This document shows positions 56,588 to 64,000 of a DNA stretch of 64,000 bases, one piece after another; position 1 is the first letter of the stretch, and every line of letters begins with the position of its first letter. The translations under genes and the position numbers were made by a program. The DNA comes from Eledone cirrhosa (lineage: Eukaryota). The stretch is taken from positions 23,374,001 through 23,438,000 of the forward strand of contig OZ024750.1 in the NCBI GenBank assembly GCA_964016885.1. The letters run 5' to 3'. The notes beneath the pieces were generated by a model, which ran no database searches, was not told where the DNA came from, and saw only the letters and a list, made by a program, of their open reading frames with translations.

Positions 56588-57259
56588 CGAGGTATGATCA
56601 TTAAGTAATGAGAACATTTCAGGAGAAAATTATTTATTTTCATAAGCTTACAAAAACTTTTGTTGCCTTTAAAATAATTACCTCTTGCATCTACACACTT
56701 ATGCAGATATATTGAGCAGCATTCCTGGAAGACCTTCTCCCAGTCCTTCTTCTGCAGTTTCCATTCCTCTTTCAGCTCCTGTGTTGACTCAAATCTGAAT
56801 CTCCTAAGGCTGTATTTCATGTGTGGGTGTCAGTAAGAAGCCACTGGGAGCCAGACCGGGCTGTTCTATGCTCCAGATCTGGGGTTCATCTTAAACATGT
56901 TCATTTCCTTTAGAAAATTGTTTAAACCATATGTAGAAACTAACTTTGCCCATTAACTCAACCCTGTAGGACTCCTCTAATATTCCAAAGGCTTCTTGTT
57001 TAGTTTTCTTAAGCTGAACACAAAATTTGATGGCGTCAAATTGCTCCCTGTTTCCATGCATCTTGGAATGTGTTGACAGATCGGCGAACGGGACCAAATC
57101 GGTTCCAACACGTACACCGCTGTGCTCCAGCCCAGGGGATAAGAAGTTGCCAATTAGACACTTTATATATTATATGTAAGTCTACTTCATCATGAAATAG
57201 GATTATAATTGAATGATACCTCTCCTGAAATGTTCTCATTACTTTTTTAACATACCTCG
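56588..57259 (-). mobile_element. internally deleted mariner element with both TIRs
   Basis: TA|CGAGGTATGATCATTAAGTAATGAGAACATTTCAGGAGA ... TCTCCTGAAATGTTCTCATTACTTTTTTAACATACCTCG|TA. It keeps the N-terminus EQFDAIKFCVQLKKTKQEAFGILEESY..WFKQFSKGNEHV*DEPRSG and the C-terminus LHKCVDARGNYFKG. The catalytic middle is missing. Confidence 0.92.
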
Positions 57260-58404
57260 TACTTAGCATTGATATAGTCATAGAATTGGCTGCAGATCCG
57301 GTACCATGATATTTAGCGCCATTGACAAGTTCTACGATTACCAGCTTTCAGTTTTGAAAGCCGACAAACATAGTTTTTGGCCCTTCTTGCTCTAATCATA
57401 TTAAAAAATTTACTAAGCTCGCATTTTCCACTACACTGTCCACATTCATTGTCAAATCATGTTACGACCCTCTTTATCGCTTATATTTCCACAACGCTGG
57501 ATTTATTTATTGATCACAGTAAATTATTATATAATTAATTTAACTATACAAATTTATATAAAACTGTGATCTTTTAAGGCAGTCATGGGCAATCTGCGGC
57601 CCGAGAAGCTTTCTGAATGGCTCATCTGAGTCACCTAAGTGAAATCTTTCTGATTTTTTTACCCCAACTTTTCAGTCGATAAAATAAAGTACCAATAATG
57701 CACTGGTAATTGCTGGCCTTGTGCCAAAAGTAGAAACAATTATTATGAGCAGATGGGGTCCCACGCGCTGGCCACCTCACGACCCGGCAGACAGAATAGA
57801 GAGGGCGAAGTACTTTTGCAGTATACATTTTATAGGTAAACACATTTCCCATTATTTACTATACTGGAAATTGTAAACAGATTTGTTTCATAAAAATATT
57901 TCGTGGTTATTTATTTAAGGTGATTAAAATACATCGGGAAATATATATTACAAAATGTATTTTTGGTTTTACTAAATGTTTTATAACGGAGCTGGTAAAA
58001 GAAAGAAACTTTACACCATTGGTTTCGTTGTTAAGTGAAATCGCAACCGAAACTATGTATTAGTCTACTAGATTAGCAACGAACTGTCTGTTAGTAAGAC
58101 AACCAGGCGCAAAAGAATTGTAAATAGAAAACCACCCGATAAAATTGTCATAAATAGAACTGCAATGAAAATAGTGAGAAAGAGATAATATTGGAGAAAA
58201 CGTTCGTTCAATTTTTTCGCTTTCAAACATGTTTATATATATATATTATTTATCTATTTCTTAACGATGTTGTTTCAATGAAGTTCTTGTCATAATGAAC
58301 CAGAGTAGAGTAAGACAAATATAAAACATAAAAAGGAAGACGTGTTTTACCAGACATATCTGAACATAGACTAAGAAAAATATAATTACGTACTTGATGA
58401 GGTT

Positions 58405-58630
58405 CAATTGTTAATCCTCCTGTACCTCTACGATCTTAACCCACCGATACTTCCACGGTTCAAAATACTTCTTCGGGAATGGCACTCAACTCCATCAAAA
58501 GGATCCATCTCACATCTCAGGAGAATAGGGAGTCTGGCGAAAGAATGAAATGCCTTTGTTTGTCAAGAAGCCTTAGATAAGCTGCGACGATTGAGCAAGG
58601 TCATTGTCGTGATGCAGGTGCCAGTTCTGC
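58405..58630 (-). pseudogene. mariner transposase relic (catalytic C-terminal part)
   Basis: The minus strand reads NWHLHHDNDLAQSSQLI*GFLTNKGISFFRQTPYSPEM (HDNA and YSPD motifs) and PWKYRWVKIVEVQED. Confidence 0.8.
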
Positions 58631-58829
58631 GAAACTCACAGTAAATTGCAAGTGTGTATGTGATTTGAACTACTACCGCCTCAGTTGGTAAACTAGGAGA
58701 GAGAGAAAGAGAGCCTCAGACAGAAACATGAACTTTCCTCTCTAAATATGTATGTAAAAACTATTAATTTGTCTTCTCCATTTTATTATTATTCGTATAA
58801 ATATGCAATTTAACTGCACTTTACACTTC

Positions 58830-58869
58830 CGTCGTTGAAAAAGCATATAATGCTGAAACCGGTACCACG
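58830..58869 (+). ncRNA. hammerhead motif, U3-A8 core variant
   Basis: CGTCG-TTGAAAA-AGCAT-ATA-ATGCT-GAA-ACCGGT-A-CCACG: 5-bp stem II, palindromic stem III and 4 of 5 pairs in stem I. The downstream sequence has AATAAA and TA repeats. Confidence 0.68.
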
Positions 58870-59706
58870 ATTAAATGCGGAAATCCCCACTTTATGAATA
58901 AATGTTTTGATATTATACTGAAAAAATCCCTCCAACATTTTCTACTGTATTTTTTCCTTTTTACTATTTGTTTATATATATCAACTCGCGTATCTCTTTT
59001 CTACATTCCCTATATATATATATATATATACATCGTATATATCGCTGTCTAATCGCCTGTTGACATTTAATGTCCGAAAAGGTTTTAGGCACAACCATTG
59101 TTACTGTCGCACTATTTCTTGTCATGGGACTTGGAGACTAGAGCCGAATGCTACCATTCTATTGTACAGCGATTGGAGACAGATTTTTTAATAACTGATT
59201 TTCACACGCTTGTCAATTTGTGTTTCAGACACGTTGGCTGAGAGCTTATGGCAGGAGCGGAACTATTTGAATTTCGTCTCCTACCGTCACGTAAATTTCT
59301 GAACCAATGGCCAATCGGTTGACGGCATTATGATGACACGTAGGGATTTCAGTTGTTAATGTTTTACTGTGTTGGCCGTCACATTCAGTCATAGCCGACA
59401 CGAACTGGAATCGAATTCTGTTGATCGATTGGTTATTGATTAGGCGAAACCCGCTGATGAAGCCACATGCAGCGATTGTGCATTGTTGCATAATAAATGC
59501 AGACAGTGGATGCTGTGCACTCTATTTCTGCATTACATATGGCAGAAACTCGAGTTCGGGTATAGTTTGAAGGTACTCATTTACGTGTGTTGTGGTGTTA
59601 AAGCGAATAACTATATGTCTACTCTGGGAGTTACTTAACATTACCTATTGAGTACGCTGAGATGCAACCGGTGTTAGCAGTGAAACCCATGCTAGTCACG
59701 TCAACT

Positions 59707-59747
<41 letters not shown>

Positions 59748-59840
59748 AAAAATGGAGTGCTGCATGGTTGCACATGGGTTACATATGAGTAAATTTAGTC
59801 CTTCATCAGTGATCTTCCAATCTTCATTGGTATTTCATCG

Positions 59841-59896
<56 letters not shown>

Positions 59897-60368
59897 GCGA
59901 TGAAATACCAATGATGGTTGGCAAATCACTGACGAAGGACTATTTTTATCATATGTAACCCATGTGCAAACCACGCAGTATTCTTCTTTCTTCTCATGTT
60001 TTATATATATATATAATTATATATATATATATATAATTATATATATATATAGGAAAATGTTTAACCTCGACGGCTATTTCAGTCAAGAAATAGCCGTCGA
60101 AACAGCTTGAGCTCTGCCGTCGGCGTAAAACATTTTCCTATTACGCACTCTACTACCCTAAGTATTGAGTACTCTGGTGCGTTATGGTCCATCTGGTGCC
60201 TTACCACACTTCCTTCGTTATATATATATAACGAAGGAAGTGTGGTAAGGCACCAGATGGATCATAACGCACCAGAGTACTCAATACTTATATATATATA
60301 TGAAGTGTCAACGTTTCGGAACTGACTGAAACTGCCGGGTTCGCCGTTAGGGCTACACCTCTTAACTA

Positions 60369-60428
<60 letters not shown>

Positions 60429-60553
60429 TGTGTGTGTGTGTGGTGTGTGTGGTGTATGGTGTGTGGTGTGTTGTGTGTGTGTGTGTAGACAGGTGAGTAG
60501 GTAGACGGTAGCTAAGATTTTCTAAATAAAATTATTTAGTGTGTACGGTGCAA

Positions 60554-60593
<40 letters not shown>

Positions 60594-61220
60594 AGAACCA
60601 GGTAGAGAAAAGAAACGGACTCTCTCTCCGCCTATCTTCCTATAACACCATGTTGACTGCTTTGGATACAGTGTGAGGGTGGGGATAAATAGAACTGAGA
60701 GAGAAAATAGGAGTAATAAAGAGAGAGAGGGAGGAGAGTGAGAGAGCGAGAGGGGCGTATGAAAGCGAGCAAGGTAAAGAGAACCGAAAGGGAGTGAACG
60801 AACGAGAGGTGGGTGATCGCAGGGAAGAGAAAGAAAAGCGAAAGAGAGGTGGGGGAAGGCGAACTGGTGAGAGCGATAAAGAAATAGAGAAAAATGGATA
60901 TGGTGGGGGAGATTTCGTTCTTTCTTTTGGCTGTGTTTCTGAAGAGTTTAAAAGTACGACTGTATTGAAGTAGCTATTCTCAGCAGCAGTTCATAAATCA
61001 AGAGGAACTGGGAGCTCCTATGTAAAATGATAGTGCAGCTGCAGTTATTAGTTAAAATGGCTGATTGTGTGCTTGTTCTCGTTGCTGTTGCCTCGATGTA
61101 CAATATTCCACCATTTTTACTCTTTACAATATCGTAGCAGTGTTTTAGTTAAGCTGGGCACTGAAAATAGTGAGTCGGTAAAAATTGTCACTTTTAACCT
61201 CATGTTATTATTTTAATTTA

Positions 61221-62380
61221 GGGCGGTAGATTGGCAGTATCGGTAGAGAGTCGGACGCCATGCTTTTACTGTCTGAGTTCAAATCCCGCCGAGGTTCACT
61301 TTGCCTTTCGTCCTTACGGGGTCGATAAAATAGAGTACCAGTAATGTACTAAGTACTTGCTGGCCTTGTGCCAAAAGTAGAAACATTTATTATTTTAATT
61401 TACAAGGGCGGATTGGCAGTATCGGTAGAGCGTCGGACACTCTGCTTTGCGGCACAGAGTTATGGCTCTTTACGTTCTGAGTTCAAATCCTGCCGAGGCT
61501 AGCTTTGCCTTTCATCTTTACGGGGTCAATAAAATAAAGTACCAGTCATGCACTGGCGTCGATTTAATCAACTTTCCCCTCCCCCAAAACTGCTGGCCTT
61601 GTGCCTATATAAGAAACCATTATAATTTACAAGGGCGGATTGGCAGTATCGGTAGAGCGTCGGACACTATGCTTTGTGGCATAGAGTTATGGCCCTTTAC
61701 GTTCTGAGTTCAAATCCCGCCGAGGTTAGCTTTGCCTTTCATCTTCTCAGGGTCGATAAAATAAAGTACCAGTAATGCACTGGGTCGATTTAATCAACTT
61801 TCCCCCTCCCCAAATTGCTGGCCTTGTGCCTATAGTTGAAATCATTATTATAGTGGATTGGCAATATCGGTAGAGGGTCGGACGCCATGCTTTGCAGCAT
61901 AGAGTTACGGCCCTTTATGGTCTGAGTTCAAATCCCGCCGAGGTTAACTTTGCCTTTCATCCTTACGGGGGTCGATAAAATAAAGTACCAGTAATACACT
62001 GGGATAATTGCTGGCCTTGGGCCTAAAGTAGAAACAATTATTATAATATACAAAGGCGGATTGGCAATATCGGTAGAACGTCGGACACTATGCTTTGCGG
62101 CATAGAGTTATGGCCCGTTTCGTTCTGAGTTGAAATCCCGTAGAGGCTAGCTTTATTATAATTTATAAGGATGGTGGATTGGTTGTATCGGTAGAGCGTC
62201 GCAGTAAATATTTAGTTACGACTTTCAACGTTCTGAGTTCAAATCCCACCGAGGTTAACTTTCTCTTTCATCCTTTCGGAGTCGATAAAATAAAATACCT
62301 TCAATTACTGGGATATATTTAATCGACTCCCCCCCCCCCCCCCCTCCCATGCTGACCTTGCGCCAATGTCAGAAAGAATT
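61221..62380 (+). mobile_element. head-to-tail array of about six SINE A copies
   Basis: Successive GATTGGCAGTATCGGTAGAG..GTTCAAATCC..GTCGATAAAATA..ATTATTA units with two different 3' tail types. Confidence 0.92.
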
Positions 62381-62381
62381 A

Positions 62382-62715
62382 CCGTATTTCCCGGCGCCGA
62401 AGACGCACCCTAATTTTGACTACCAAAAAGTTGAAAAAAATAATAATTGTTTCTACGTTTGGCACAAGGCCAGCAATTTATCAGTGCATTACTGGTACTT
62501 TATTTTATCGACCCCGTAAGGATGAAAGGCAAAGTAAACCTCGGCGGGATTTGAATTCAGAATGGCAAGGGCCGTAATCTATGCGTCAAAGCATGAGGTC
62601 CGACCCTCTACCAATACTGCCAAATAAACAACCTTCGGCCTCCAGGACGCATGGTAGATTTTTGAGACTTATTTTAGGGGGGAAAAAATAGCATCTTTGA
62701 CGCCGGGAAATACGG
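62382..62715. mobile_element. Tc2-like MITE with a nested near-full-length SINE A(-)
   Basis: TA|CCGTATTTCCCGGCGCCGAAGACGC ... TTGACGCCGGGAAATACGG|TA, with the SINE at ~62440-62603. Confidence 0.88.
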
Positions 62716-63233
62716 TAATATAGTTTAGAGAACATCGCCTCCAGAGGTGAAATAAACTTTACATACGACACAATGGTGAATTTAAATAATAAATTAAATA
62801 GCAACCTGAAATCTTTTTCATTTTTTTTTCTTTCCTAAAATACTCCCCATCCTTTCCTTAGTTCATTATTAACGTAAATCTCTTCCCAAATTTTCTTCCT
62901 CCTCATTCTCCCCCTTATCATTCTTTGGATTTTCTATTCTCTTCTCTAAACTCCACCCCCCCCCCTTCTTCCTTCCTATATTTTGTTTCAATGTCCTCAA
63001 GCCAGTTCATCAATCCACTCTAATCCCCTTCTTCTCTTCACTTCTCCATCACAAGTACTCTTATTCCTGAAATAGCCACCGTCGCCATCAACGTCAAATT
63101 CCCTGCACCTCACCTCAATTCTATTCAATTCTTAACATTGCCACCTCCCCACTCCCCCAGCTTTACACTTGGTGAGTCCCTTCTAAGCTTAGAGGCCCCT
63201 TAACACACACATGGTCTCACAACAATTAAACTA

Positions 63234-63383
63234 CCATATTCCCCGGCGCCGAAGAAGACGCCACGTCCTCGAGGACGCACCCTAATTTTGACAACAAAAA
63301 ATTTGAAAAATACCAGGGTGCATGGTAGATTTTTGAGACTTATTTTAGGAAAAAAGAAGCGTCTTCGACGCCGGGAAATACGG
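63234..63383. mobile_element. Tc2-like MITE, SINE-free copy
   Basis: TA|CCATATTCCCCGGCGCCGAAG ... CTTCGACGCCGGGAAATACGG|TA. Confidence 0.88.
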
Positions 63384-64000
63384 TATTTTGAGGCGCCTGC
63401 TGATCGTGAAGCCCTAAGCAGTAGCTAGAATTCAGATGGCAAATCGATGACAGTGCGCATGCGTCAGCAAAATCATTTCCTTTATTTCCTTCGTTTTTTT
63501 TTTTTATAATACCACAAGTGAAACATATTTTTACTCATTTACTCCCAGGCATTGCCTGCGGTCATGCTGGGGCACCGCTTGCTTTAGTCAGATAGAAATA
63601 AAGCCAATTGTGATGATTCGTTACTTAAAATATTTTTTTCACATTTAGCATGGGACATCCAAAATTCAATACCCAGTATGCCGTCCGACTTAACGCTCCA
63701 AAGCCAAAGAGTGAGGCTTCTAAATAGTAACAAACACTTTAGAAAGTTACATGTTGGATAATGTGAGGTTTCTTACACACATGAAAAACATGGTATGTCA
63801 CGGCTAGAACGTCTTTGATAACCTGGGTCTAAACAACATGAGCTAAAAAGAGAAGCTTCTCAGAGATCGGTCAATCTATTAGAAGTAGCAGCCAAATCTG
63901 CCTCAAATTAATACAAGGGACACATTGGGTAGTGTAGTCCTAGATATTTACTTGTCTGAAAATAAAACCGAACTCGTGACCTCGTCAATGCGAAACGAAA

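Noticed and set aside
59246-59491. 81-aa minus-strand ORF in unique CpG-containing DNA
   Set aside because: No recognisable domain or convincing splice signals, and the length is compatible with chance.

Overview
AT-rich, repeat-dense eukaryotic DNA, most likely from an octopus (coleoid cephalopod), inferred from the SINE families and the extreme (TA)n/(CA)n/(CT)n load. I see no intact protein-coding gene. Nearly all long ORFs in the track are microsatellite or satellite artefacts, and the only gene-like coding piece is a possible last exon at 1-60. The window holds two tRNA-derived SINE families (one in head-to-tail arrays), a decayed DD34E Tc1 element with IR/DR ends, two mariner relics, Tigger-, Tc2-, hAT- and piggyBac-like MITEs, 3' fragments of RTE, CR1/L2-like and R4/Dong-like LINEs, several minisatellites and a 5.1-kb ~50-bp satellite with higher-order structure. 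The most interesting signal is a set of minimal hammerhead-ribozyme motifs of the Penelope-like-element type, two of them with the compensatory U3-A8 core. They occur with ~85-bp 3'-end stubs and fold-back palindromes, almost all anchored on (TA)n tracts. This suggests a ribozyme-delimited, (TA)n-targeted mini-retroelement system. All calls were made by eye and coordinates of decayed elements are approximate.
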